Positions 39,001 to 47,720 of a stretch of 64,000 nucleotides of DNA are shown here, piece after piece (position 1 is the stretch's first letter; every line of letters begins with the position of its first letter). The notes under the pieces are model-generated. The model saw only the letters and a program-made list of their open reading frames with translations, had not been told where the DNA came from and searched no databases. The position numbers and the translations under genes were made by a program. The DNA is from Candidatus Poribacteria bacterium (GTDB taxonomy: Bacteria; Poribacteria; WGA-4E; PCPOR2b): the NCBI GenBank assembly GCA_965116925.1, contig OZ220744.1:3168001-3232000 (forward strand). The letters run 5' to 3'.

Positions 39001-39794
39001 ACCTCATTGAAACCCCGGACTGGGTAGATGCGGACCTCTCCCTCTCTGAGTTCGCCGGTCAAACCGTCCTGTTGGAATTGGCAACCGATCCTAATGGAAG
39101 CAATAGTTGCGATTGGGCACACTGGGCAGATCTGCTGATCGCCGTTGAGGAATCCGCACTTGCCGGCGATGTCAACAGTGATGGACAGGTCAATGTCCTT
39201 GACCTCATCCTCGTCGCAAGCAATTTCGGTGAACAACCACCCAGCAACCCATTGGCAGACACCAACAAAGATGGAGCGGTGAATATCTTGGATCTTGTGT
39301 TTGTCGCAGAGCATCTCAGTCAAAACGCCGCCGCACCTTCCCAGCTAGCTCTCGTCAAATCTATCCCGTCCACTGCCAAAGAGGTTATCGCCGCACAGCG
39401 TGCCTTGACCGAGTTAGAGGCTATTCCCAATAAATCACACGGCGTTCAAATCGCCATCGAACTGCTCCGACACTACCTGTCACTCGCGGACCAGAACGTC
39501 CAAGAGACCAAACTGCTCCCCAACTATCCCAACCCCTTCAACCCAGACACATGGATACCGTATCAGCTATCAGAAGGGTCAACGGTCACTGTCAAAATCT
39601 ACGATGTGACCGGCAGCTTGCTCAGAACAATCCAAGTCGGACACAAGCCGGTCGGATACTACCTCACCCGCGGGCGTGCCATCTACTGGGACGGTCGAAA
39701 CCAAAACCGAGAGCCGGTCAGCAGCGGTGTCTACTTCTACACCCTCAGTACCGATACCTACACCCAAACCCGTCGCATGGTTATCGTCAAGTAG
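36033..39794 (+). CDS. Large exported protein: GH-like barrel, two CBM-like modules, dockerin-like repeats, FlgD-Ig/T9SS-like tail
   Basis: Signal peptide; GDVNSDGQVNVLDL and ADTNKDGAVNILDL; LLPNYPNPFNP..WDGRN..SSGVYFY. Confidence 0.8.
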   Translation: MRTLIIVILIGVFGLCYFEMTFADITIDGETVHVETDAYTVQFDRGVITHLHNKLTAETYTLPEIEFRAQTGILRRQHGHIWTRDMTATEARKTGQDSATLLFRRGGNEITLTIEVEAHTGDLLIGGNAVSDIPGVYGFQWGCGDLDIQNLELILPARGGQVINDSSPITNKGFNYPGRWEAQLAIIQGERGGFYIRGTDETFQFKRLDCQKDSENLALGFQTHNQAPWDTLTTAQSVIWRLNTYVGDWRVPAQIYRDWMERTFNPWRLSDMPTWVQDIGLVVNGSLDTESLDRLTELIDPTKTLLYLVGWRKNGYDQNYPDYTAEEGFGDFVEYAHQHGFRVMLHVNLVGISPYHPLYPEFQPFQFRDPWSEEPIGWKWDEIGNPKRHAWINNASSKFRNLLVQRLKEVWEKYRVDAFHLDISHVVENDASGLIDGLNSAQGNVQMHLELAEAMPGVVFSGEHLHEATFFRENFAQRWKLSPESTPHPISAFLFSPYTRPYGYLGLPSPENNPLGYQDYLNSYEVWGVLPTVQAGLSVLNGRLTQQILAVAHQWQELGLRPDFASDWDPNTLFQYTTRDGETVTYQRTPTGSTLILPQDGGYERVYGVTEVQTHRSLPHWRAYNETTILGLDPSKYYFLDNTHRDFSQPHLNALPPGVTVTETRVTENAALFGLEKTNVSLEIDLLSKLHLARTGIVINGAELPLQRGATFRHSQSTLSGVTKPAVHAHPFYQDGSGDTFGEFTLPLPDSPDIRLNFYIGLWEGSERSDGVTFIVSVQDEEIFRQHYNQQSWQLVTLNLSPYQGKLVKLRFTTTPGPNGNASWDWAVWGEPKIISKPDNSPIKVGFFSPIEPISSVPDTLSYIGSGHYTLEAVLPAQLLFFLDPGQLVVPPYNLRDAQFTAGLQFDSIFRLGSVYRSGNRTTVENLNGERKPSIFAHPPTNGQTILQFPLHLPQSPRLIFSFSMVLQDNPCSNGVLFRVLLNGQNRFEHLIETPDWVDADLSLSEFAGQTVLLELATDPNGSNSCDWAHWADLLIAVEESALAGDVNSDGQVNVLDLILVASNFGEQPPSNPLADTNKDGAVNILDLVFVAEHLSQNAAAPSQLALVKSIPSTAKEVIAAQRALTELEAIPNKSHGVQIAIELLRHYLSLADQNVQETKLLPNYPNPFNPDTWIPYQLSEGSTVTVKIYDVTGSLLRTIQVGHKPVGYYLTRGRAIYWDGRNQNREPVSSGVYFYTLSTDTYTQTRRMVIVK

Positions 39795-39955
39795 GAAGCA
39801 AAAGAGGAGAAAACGGGAAAACGAGAGAACGGGAAAACGAGAAGACAGGAAAGATGATGCGTAAGCAGAAACCGAGTTTTTTCTTCAAAACTTGGTTTCT
39901 CTAAAAGAAAAAATCTTGAGATCATTGCGTCTTAGCGACTTTGCGTTAATTTTAG

Positions 39956-40093
39956 TAGGAGTTACGCACTTCAGTTTGTAGTAGCGCAATTCATTGCGCG
40001 TTCTTCCCTCCCACTGCTTGCGAGGGAATAGAGGGGGACGGGCGATGAATCGCCGAACTACAAGGCTTTGACCATTCAACTGCGTAAGTCCTA
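39956..40093. mobile_element. MITE family B copy
   Basis: TIRs with TTTTAG direct repeats. Confidence 0.8.
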
Positions 40094-40206
40094 TTTTAGT
40101 TCAGTAGGTCGAAATCCATATCTTGACAAAACACTTCACAAAATCTTAATCTATATTTAATATTTATGTGTTATAATTTCCACATATCAACAAGGGAGAA
40201 AAACAG

Positions 40207-41151
40207 ATGCTACTCAAATTTCAACGCATTTTTTGGTTCATCGCCCTAAGTTTTGTTTGGGTTGCCATCAGCCATGGGGAAGAAACCCTCCAAATTCTGG
40301 AGAACGAGCAGAAACTTGTCCTAACCGGAGAAATCTCCAAAGCCCTCGGCACCTATGACGAGCATCTCAAGGGAGCTGTGGAATACCTGCTCTGCGGACC
40401 GGGAGGCAAAGAATACGAAAGTATTATCGTCGTCAATAGCTCCGCGCAGGAAATCCACGACGCAATGCTCAAACTCGGCGTCGAGAGGGGCACCCCACCG
40501 ATGTACGATGAAGACAAGGATGAGATGATTGGCGCGACAGGGACCGGCGTCCTAGTGTTCGTCGAATGGGAGACAAACGGTAAGATCAAAAGGGTGCGTG
40601 CCGAAGACCTCCTCCAAGACACCCGAACCCAAAAACCGATGAAAAATGTAGAGTGGATCTTTTCCGGCTCTCGTGAGATCCCCGATCTCGACAGTGAAGA
40701 CGAGGACGCGATGATACCCCAAGCATTTGTCGGAAACGACATTATTGCCCTTAACTATATCGACGGCAGCGCACTGTTTCAAAGTCCGATCCCTTCCGAA
40801 GAAAGCCCCTACAAAAAGAACGCAGAGACACTCCCACCACTCGGCACATCGGTGAAAGTCACGATCGAGGTAAGCTCAAAAATGCAACGCTATATTCTAA
40901 TCAGCGGCAAGGTCCAAGGGGTTGGATTTCGCCATTTCACCAGACAAAACGCTATGAAACTTGGTGTGCACGGCTATGCGAAGAACCTGCCCAACGGTAA
41001 GGTGGAGGTCGTCGCCGAGGGGGATAAAGCGACCCTAGATGAATTTGTGAAAGTCCTTTGGAAAGGACCGCCTGCCTCTATAGTTAAAGATGTTAAAGTC
41101 GAAGCGCGTCCGCATAGCGGGGAGTACACCTCTTTTGGTATTAAGTATTGA
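40207..41151 (+). CDS. Exported YdjY-like domain fused to acylphosphatase
   Basis: Signal peptide; VEYLLC..GKEYES; C-terminal GKVQGVGFR..GYAKNLPNGKVE..GPP. Confidence 0.8.
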   Translation: MLLKFQRIFWFIALSFVWVAISHGEETLQILENEQKLVLTGEISKALGTYDEHLKGAVEYLLCGPGGKEYESIIVVNSSAQEIHDAMLKLGVERGTPPMYDEDKDEMIGATGTGVLVFVEWETNGKIKRVRAEDLLQDTRTQKPMKNVEWIFSGSREIPDLDSEDEDAMIPQAFVGNDIIALNYIDGSALFQSPIPSEESPYKKNAETLPPLGTSVKVTIEVSSKMQRYILISGKVQGVGFRHFTRQNAMKLGVHGYAKNLPNGKVEVVAEGDKATLDEFVKVLWKGPPASIVKDVKVEARPHSGEYTSFGIKY

Positions 41152-41181
41152 GAGATAATTCATTAACGGAAAGGAACAATA

Positions 41182-41946
41182 GTGCGGAAAGAATTCATCA
41201 AGTTTGTTCATAAACTTGCGGCGGAAAGTGCCGAAGTCATAAAGCCGTATTTCGCCGCTTTCGACCTTGAAGTTGAGATGAAAGAGGACGAAACGCCTGT
41301 CACCGCTGCGGATCGAGGGGCAGAGGAGATCATGCGCGATCTGATCCGCAAAGCGTTCCCCGACCACGGGGTCATCGGCGAGGAGTTCGGAAACGAAAAT
41401 GAAACCGCCGAGTTTGTCTGGGTGCTGGATCCGATAGACGGCACAAAATCATTTACAAGTGGATGCCCACTTTTTGGAACACTAATCTGTCTCCTGCACG
41501 GGGGACAACCCGTCTTGGGGGCAATCAATCAGCCCATCTTAGAGCGGTTGTGCATCGGCGATAACAATCAAACAACCGTCAACGGACATCCGGTGCATGT
41601 CCCAGAGACCGACACACTTTCTGAAGCAATCCTGCTGACAACGGATATTCTGAGTATTGGTAAATATCAGAATCGGGCGGGATTTGAGGTTCTACTTCAT
41701 CAAGCGAAAATGTTCCGTACATGGGGCGACTGCTACGGCTATCTATTGCTCGCATCGGGAGGTGCCGACATCATGCTCGACCCCATCGTGAATCCGTGGG
41801 ATGTGCTTCCGGTGGTTCCAGTAGTTCGTGGTGCGGGTGGAATTGTTACCGCGTGGGACGGCAGCGATGTCGTTCAAGGGGATTCGTGTGTGGCTGCAAC
41901 CCCGAATCTACACCCCCATGTCTTGGAAATCCTAAACGCCAACTGA
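41182..41946 (+). CDS. Inositol-monophosphatase family, HisN-like histidinol-phosphatase
   Basis: PVTAAD; GEE; WVLDPIDGT; WGDCYGY; PWD. Confidence 0.88.
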   Translation: MRKEFIKFVHKLAAESAEVIKPYFAAFDLEVEMKEDETPVTAADRGAEEIMRDLIRKAFPDHGVIGEEFGNENETAEFVWVLDPIDGTKSFTSGCPLFGTLICLLHGGQPVLGAINQPILERLCIGDNNQTTVNGHPVHVPETDTLSEAILLTTDILSIGKYQNRAGFEVLLHQAKMFRTWGDCYGYLLLASGGADIMLDPIVNPWDVLPVVPVVRGAGGIVTAWDGSDVVQGDSCVAATPNLHPHVLEILNAN

Positions 41947-42066
41947 TAGCTTGATTCATGTTAAGAAATCCCGAATCGTAGGGGCGGGGTTTCCCCGCCC
42001 GAAAAGGAACCAGTTGTTTTCACGTTTTACGCATCACGTTTCACGTCCTTAAGGAGTTTATCGGCC

Positions 42067-43260
42067 ATGAAAATAAGGCGACTACTGCTCTCTTTTATGC
42101 TGTTGCTATGTTTGCAATTCCCGTTCACCGTCTCTGAAACCCAAGCCTTTATCGCGAGACATTATACCCTTCAAGAGGTTCTGGCTGAATGCAGCAACAT
42201 CGTTTTCGGGACTGTCACCTCAGTCAATCAGAAACGCATGACCGCTAAGGTGAAAGTCGAAGAAAACCTCAAGGGAAAAAGCGACTTCCAAGAGATTAAA
42301 ATTAACCTATCCACCGGTCAAGGCAACTTTCCGGAAAAGATGATCCAAAAATTTGAAGCAGGAAAGCCGATTATTATCTTCTATAAGAGGGAAGGACGGC
42401 GAATCCCCAGCCTCGGACATGTTGACGGCACCTGGTTCCAAACCTTTGCCCAAGACCGATCAGATAAAAGCCGTGTTTGGTGGAATTTCACCCATATCGA
42501 AATCTATATGCACCGGACCTACAAAGGTTCAACGCCCGACTTTCAGCGGGTTGTGCGGGATACGCTAGCTGGGAGAATCAAGCCTTCCAATAAAAGGTCC
42601 TCAAAGGTGGAGTCCCTCGCCGAAGCATCTACCGGTGCGGTGCGTGTACTGGTCCTCTCCGGCAATCGTTCTGATGTCGAATTTCCCACCATTTCTGCCT
42701 TCGATTCGATTGAGGAACATCAAGTCGTTTACCAAAGAACGAAAGATCGCAACCTACCAACTCTCAACTACGCAGACATTCTCTGGTTGGGGCAAGGGGA
42801 AATCTGCGAAGATAAATATCGCTTGAACAAGGAACGGGAGAACAAGATCAAGGCGTTTGTGAAGGATGGCGGTGTGGTTATCGTTTCAGGCCAAGACAGC
42901 GATGATGATCGACCATGTCCGACAGGCTGGACCCCCGAACCGATGAAGGGAGTGGAACGGCAGGGGCGTAGCGACTTTGAGCCAACACGAGCCGCAGGCA
43001 CATTGTTTAGCGAACCGAATGAAATCCAGTTCGGCGATGTATTCCTTGACGACGCATGGACGAAATGGAGCGATAAATATACGATCCTTGCCACCACAAA
43101 TGATGGGAAAGAAATTGCCTTTGCGACCTTGGAATACGGCGAAGGACTGTACCTCATCACAAGTCTCCAAAACGAAACCAGTGCCAACGTTTTTATCAAT
43201 CATCAGATAATAGAGAACCTAATTTATTATGCTGTCAAATGGCTAGATGATCAATCGTAG
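42067..43260 (+). CDS. Exported two-domain hypothetical protein (C-terminal GATase-like fold possible)
   Basis: Signal peptide; ADILWLG..IKAFVKDGGVVIV. Confidence 0.65.
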   Translation: MKIRRLLLSFMLLLCLQFPFTVSETQAFIARHYTLQEVLAECSNIVFGTVTSVNQKRMTAKVKVEENLKGKSDFQEIKINLSTGQGNFPEKMIQKFEAGKPIIIFYKREGRRIPSLGHVDGTWFQTFAQDRSDKSRVWWNFTHIEIYMHRTYKGSTPDFQRVVRDTLAGRIKPSNKRSSKVESLAEASTGAVRVLVLSGNRSDVEFPTISAFDSIEEHQVVYQRTKDRNLPTLNYADILWLGQGEICEDKYRLNKERENKIKAFVKDGGVVIVSGQDSDDDRPCPTGWTPEPMKGVERQGRSDFEPTRAAGTLFSEPNEIQFGDVFLDDAWTKWSDKYTILATTNDGKEIAFATLEYGEGLYLITSLQNETSANVFINHQIIENLIYYAVKWLDDQS

Positions 43261-43303
43261 CGTCGACTTTGTTTCAGAAACTCATTTCGTAAAAGTGCTC
43301 TTT

Positions 43304-43541
43304 TGTACCACAATCTGTTAGATTGTGATCCCAGTCCGCAAACTAACAGTTCGCGCTACATCTGTCAGATTGCCGATGATTACAGCATTTACCTGTACCA
43401 CAATCTGTTAGATTGTGATCCTAGCACGCCAACTAACAGTTTGCGCTACATCTGTCAGATTGCCGATGATTACAGCATTTACCTGTACCACAATCTGTTA
43501 GATTGTGATCCTAGCACGCCAACTAACAGTTTGTGCTACAT
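43304..43541 (+). repeat. Tandem 2.6 x 90-bp array of an inverted REP doublet
   Basis: Units at 43304, 43394, 43484; single copies near 6750, 45204, 54067, 58863. Confidence 0.92.
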
Positions 43542-43571
43542 TTTAATGAACTAATGAACTAATGAACCAAC

Positions 43572-45104
43572 ATGATTAAATCAAAAGCAAAGCCCTCAAT
43601 TTTGGCGTTGGTATTTTTGTGTCTCACCTTCAATTCAGCGGGGACAGCCCATGCGGTTATCCCGCAACTCTTGGGGCCCCTTTCAGCCCTGCTCAGTATT
43701 ATCCCTCAGCTCCTCGCGATAATCGGCGTTGCCTTTTTAACTGCATTTGTGTTCGCCCGCGATTGGCTAAAAGGATTGTTTTACCGTATCCGCGAATCTG
43801 CCCTGCTCACGACAATTACCCTGATACTTCTCCTCGCGATCATTGGGGCAGGCGTCTGGGTGATTTATGGAACTCTTCAATCCGGTCAACCGTTCGCCAC
43901 AACAATGGGGGAGGTTCGGCTTGAGAAACCGCTCGTAAAACAGTCTTGGCCTGCGTTTCGAGGAGGTGTTACGCGTACCGGACAGCTCGACAACTTGCCC
44001 GGGCCAACGCATCCCACAATCTCATGGTTGTTCAAAGGGAAAGGCAATGTTATCGTAGATTTTCCTTCCTCGCCGGCGGTGGTTGGGTCTCAAGTCTATA
44101 TCGCTGCCGCACAAGGATCGTTCTTTTCCAGCGGAGGCGCGGTCTACTGCCTTGATGCAGATAGCGGGGTTGACCTCTGGCGATATGATACGTCGGTTCA
44201 GATTTTTTCTTCACCAACAGTTGTTGGGGGACGTGTTTATGTCGGCGAAGGGTTTCACCAAGACGCAGATTGCCATCTCCATTGCCTCAATGCCGATAAT
44301 GGGCGTATGATTTGGACATTCAAAACGGCGAGCCATGTGGAATCAACCCCCTTCGTCAGTCAAGGAAAGGTCTACTTCGGTGCGGGGAACGATGGTGTCT
44401 ACTGCCTTGACGCGCGTAAAGGAAAAATAATCTGGCACTATCCATCTATCCATGTAGACATGTCGCCAGCGGTATGGAGGGGGAAAGTCTACTTCGGGAC
44501 CGGCTACGGCGAATATCGGATCTACGCTGTTGATGCGAATAGCGGTGCAGAGGTTTGGTCAGAACGCGTGGATTACCCCGCTTGGGGGAGTCCAAGTGCC
44601 GATGGCGATGTGGTCTTTTTCGGACTCGGCAACGGTAACTTTATTGAGAGTGCCGCAGTGCCAAAAGGACGAATTACCGCCCGTAACGCCGAAACAGGAG
44701 CGCAGATCTGGGGGTATGAAGTGGAAGATTCCGTCCTTACAGCGGTCGCCTATCGTAACGGATTTGTCTATTTTGGCTCACGAGATGGGGGTGTCTACGC
44801 ACTCAACGCCGCTGACGGTGCACTAAGTTGGAGAGCCGATATTGGATATTCGGTCGTGTCCTCACCGGCGGTCACAGAAAGTTCGGTATACGTCGGCGCA
44901 GATAACGGCGTAATCTACAAAATCGACATCAACAGCGGTCGCGTAGTGTGGCAGTTTGATACAAACAAAATTACCGGCGGCAGCCCAATCTACTCCTCAC
45001 CGGCTATCGCCAATGGCAAGCTCTATATTGGATTGAAGGATTACCTCTTATGCCTTGGCGGAGCAGAGACGATCGAGGAAACGCCAAAACTTGATGATCA
45101 GTAG
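43572..45104 (+). CDS. Membrane-anchored PQQ-like/BamB-like beta-propeller protein
   Basis: N-terminal TMs; WPAFRG; repeated SSP.V..G.VY.G..YCLDA..G..W. Confidence 0.88.
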   Translation: MIKSKAKPSILALVFLCLTFNSAGTAHAVIPQLLGPLSALLSIIPQLLAIIGVAFLTAFVFARDWLKGLFYRIRESALLTTITLILLLAIIGAGVWVIYGTLQSGQPFATTMGEVRLEKPLVKQSWPAFRGGVTRTGQLDNLPGPTHPTISWLFKGKGNVIVDFPSSPAVVGSQVYIAAAQGSFFSSGGAVYCLDADSGVDLWRYDTSVQIFSSPTVVGGRVYVGEGFHQDADCHLHCLNADNGRMIWTFKTASHVESTPFVSQGKVYFGAGNDGVYCLDARKGKIIWHYPSIHVDMSPAVWRGKVYFGTGYGEYRIYAVDANSGAEVWSERVDYPAWGSPSADGDVVFFGLGNGNFIESAAVPKGRITARNAETGAQIWGYEVEDSVLTAVAYRNGFVYFGSRDGGVYALNAADGALSWRADIGYSVVSSPAVTESSVYVGADNGVIYKIDINSGRVVWQFDTNKITGGSPIYSSPAIANGKLYIGLKDYLLCLGGAETIEETPKLDDQ

Positions 45105-45246
45105 CGTAGTATAATGCTAGGGTCTGTTGACATTTGCAAACCCAACTTTATTTTTCATCGGAAAGCCTCTCCAGCAGAAGGTTATGTCGTAAAGGCAATC
45201 TTTTGTACCACAATCTGTTAGATTGTGATCTTCAGTCCGCAAACTA

Positions 45247-46152
45247 TGGTAGATGATAGAATTACTGATACATTTGAATAATATCCTCAATAGACATTTC
45301 TGTTTGATATTGTTGGATTCGCTTTATATTAGCAAAATCGTGTTCAATCGGATTGTAATCCGGGGAATAAGGGGGTAAAAACATCAGACTCGCCCCTGAA
45401 GCCTCTATTAACTGTCGGGTCTTTGGCGTTTTGTGAAGTCGTGCATTATCAAGGATTACGACGTGTTTTGAAGTCAAGCGTGGACATAACTGCCCGGCTA
45501 ACCAATCATTGAAATCGTTGGCTTTGCAACTGCCTTCAAATAACCGTGCCGCAGTGAAGGTATCTTCAAAACGTGCGGCAATAAGTGTGGTGGTCCGAGT
45601 GCGTTGACTGGATATAAGGTCAAACACGGGTGTGCCTAAAGGCGCATAGCCATACCGTCTATAACCGTCGTCTCGAAAGCCACTCTCATCGGCATAAACT
45701 ACGGATTTACCAACGATTTTGACTTGTTCGAGTTGTTGACGATAGGCGTGTCGTTTTTCATCGCACCGCTCCTTATAACCGAGGGTCTTTTTTTTTCGCG
45801 TGTACCCTAGCCGTTTGAGGCTATACCCTATACAGAAGGTCGACACTCCAAAATGAACGGCGCGTTCTTTGAGGGTCTGGTCTGGAAAATCAGCAACATG
45901 TTGTTTCAGCGCATCATAATCAATAGACCGGGGCCCTCGGGGACCGGGGCGTTGATAAGCGAATGGATCCGGGGCGTTTAGCCACTTATAGATAGTGGTC
46001 CGTCCGACGTTAAACCGTTTAGCGGCTTCTGTTTTGCTGCCGCCGGCTTGTATGAAATCAAGGACGCGTTTGCGTAAATCGGGTGAATATCTCATAATAC
46101 TTATATCGTAACACATTTCTAAATAATGTTCACTTATTTATATTATCTACCA
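45247..46152 (-). mobile_element. IS630-family insertion sequence (906 bp)
   Basis: TIR TGGTAGATGATA/TATTATCTACCA (11/12 match); TA on both flanks. Confidence 0.92.
45262..46095 (-). CDS. IS630 DDE transposase, single reading frame
   Basis: YSPDLRKR HTH; DESG; LDNARLH; LPPYSPDYNPIE. Confidence 0.93.
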   Translation of the reverse strand: MRYSPDLRKRVLDFIQAGGSKTEAAKRFNVGRTTIYKWLNAPDPFAYQRPGPRGPRSIDYDALKQHVADFPDQTLKERAVHFGVSTFCIGYSLKRLGYTRKKKTLGYKERCDEKRHAYRQQLEQVKIVGKSVVYADESGFRDDGYRRYGYAPLGTPVFDLISSQRTRTTTLIAARFEDTFTAARLFEGSCKANDFNDWLAGQLCPRLTSKHVVILDNARLHKTPKTRQLIEASGASLMFLPPYSPDYNPIEHDFANIKRIQQYQTEMSIEDIIQMYQ

Positions 46153-46415
46153 TAAATGAGTTTTAAGAAATTAAACGGGTAATTCTATATTGCTCCCAGA
46201 CCCGGTAGGTGCGGTTGGAAACCGCACCGGACATCGCTCGGAAATTACCCAATTAATAAATTAATCTTCATACAGTTTGCGCTACATTTGTCAGATTGCC
46301 CGATGACTACAGCGTTTGCCGAATTAGCTATATCAAAATGTCAACACGCCCTAGGTGCTCGCTGATAAACCAAGCGTTGGCAACCGGCGCAAGAGTCGGG
46401 AGTTGGAATTCCCTC

Positions 46416-47144
46416 CTACACTTCATGTTGGGGAGGAATGCTACGATCAAGCGATTCAATCTCAGTCGGTGTTAAGAAACGATATTTCCCAATCGCAAGC
46501 CCTCCCAACGTAAGCGATCCAATCCCTACCCGTTTGAGATGTGCGACCTCATGACCTACGGCGTGGAACATACGCCGAATCTGTCGCTTCTTTCCTTCAT
46601 GGATAACTACCTTGAATTGTGTTTGCCTTTCTCTTCTCCCAATTTGGTTGACTTTCGCCGAAGTGATTGCCCCCCCCTCAATTTCAATTCCCTCCCGCAA
46701 TCTTTGAATCTTTCCTCGATTTGGCTGCCCCTCTACCCATGCAATGTACGTTTTCTGGATCTCATGGCTCGGATGGAGGATTCTATGTGCGAAATCCCCA
46801 TCGTTTGTCATTAGCAGCAGTCCCTCCGTATCAAGATCCAACCGTCCAACTGGATAGATCCGCTCGGATATATCACGCACCAACGCCATGACCGTCGGAC
46901 GGCCGCGCTCATCGCGCACCGTTGTTACGTAGCCTGCCGGTTTGTTCAGCATCAGGTAGATCCGCTTCGGCTTCCCACGTACCGGTTCACCATCAAATGT
47001 AATCTCAGCCCCTTGTGGATCGATGTGGGCACCGGGAATCAACACCTTCTCACCGTTGACAGAGACCCGTCCTGCGGAGATATGTTTCTTCGCATCCCGT
47101 CGAGAAGCGATGCCGGATTCTGAAAGGAATTTTTCGAGGCGCAT
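46416..47144 (-). CDS. RsuA/RluB-family rRNA pseudouridine synthase
   Basis: S4 domain; NKPAG; GRLDLDTEGLLL; EGKKRQIRRM. Confidence 0.93.
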   Translation of the reverse strand: MRLEKFLSESGIASRRDAKKHISAGRVSVNGEKVLIPGAHIDPQGAEITFDGEPVRGKPKRIYLMLNKPAGYVTTVRDERGRPTVMALVRDISERIYPVGRLDLDTEGLLLMTNDGDFAHRILHPSHEIQKTYIAWVEGQPNRGKIQRLREGIEIEGGAITSAKVNQIGRRERQTQFKVVIHEGKKRQIRRMFHAVGHEVAHLKRVGIGSLTLGGLAIGKYRFLTPTEIESLDRSIPPQHEV

Positions 47145-47369
47145 TTTTTCGTGCACTATCCCTAAAATAGGTAGACATGAGGAAGGAAAAGCAGTAGAAT
47201 AACCCAAGTTACCATCTTAATTGGGAAGAAATTTTCGTAAGGAACGCAGATCTGCGTTCCCTACACAGGTTGGTATCTACTTTCGCTCCAGAGAAGCGAT
47301 ATGTCTATAGAATCACAATCACCCAATCCCTGCGCTCCAGAGGAGCACCATGTATAGAGTTCATTAGTT

Positions 47370-47586
47370 TAACCCAAGTTGCTAGGTTCTGTTGACATTT
47401 AACGGTCCGTAGGTTGGGTTGAACGGGAACCGTGAAACCCAACAATGTCCCCCTCCGTAGGTCGGGCATCTTGCCCGACTCATAGCCCCAGCGGGGCGAC
47501 ATGTGTATAGAAAAAAGGATAAAACCAGCCAGCCCCAGCGGAGCGACATGTATGTGGCATCGTAACGCAACTAGCAACTTAGGTTA
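47370..47586. mobile_element. MITE family C copy with several hairpin cargos
   Basis: TAACCCAAGTTGCTAG...CTAGCAACTTAGGTTA; GTT direct repeat. Confidence 0.75.
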
Positions 47587-47720
47587 GTTTAATGAATCCG
47601 AGGCTTGCGTTAGAGTAAACGGTATGTTCAGAAATTTTATTGTGATGGAAAACTACAAGATATGTCAAGTGGAAAATAGATGGATTAGAGATGTTTAACT
47701 GAAGCTGTAAGGAGGGAAAA

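Larger units (their letters stand above)
45118..46353. mobile_element. Outer TIR shell (family E) enclosing REP doublet, IS630 and family F element
   Basis: CTAGGGTCTGTTGACATTT...AAATGTCAACACGCCCTAG. Confidence 0.7.

Noticed and set aside
43304..43541. CRISPR array or 83-aa repeat protein (ORF 43303-43554)
   Set aside because: The 90-bp unit repeats in full and occurs as dispersed non-coding copies; the ORF is a by-product of a unit length divisible by 3
47305..47577. ORFs with HMSPRWG-type peptides (also 35448-35768)
   Set aside because: Reverse translation of the GCCCCAGCGGGGCGACATG repeat
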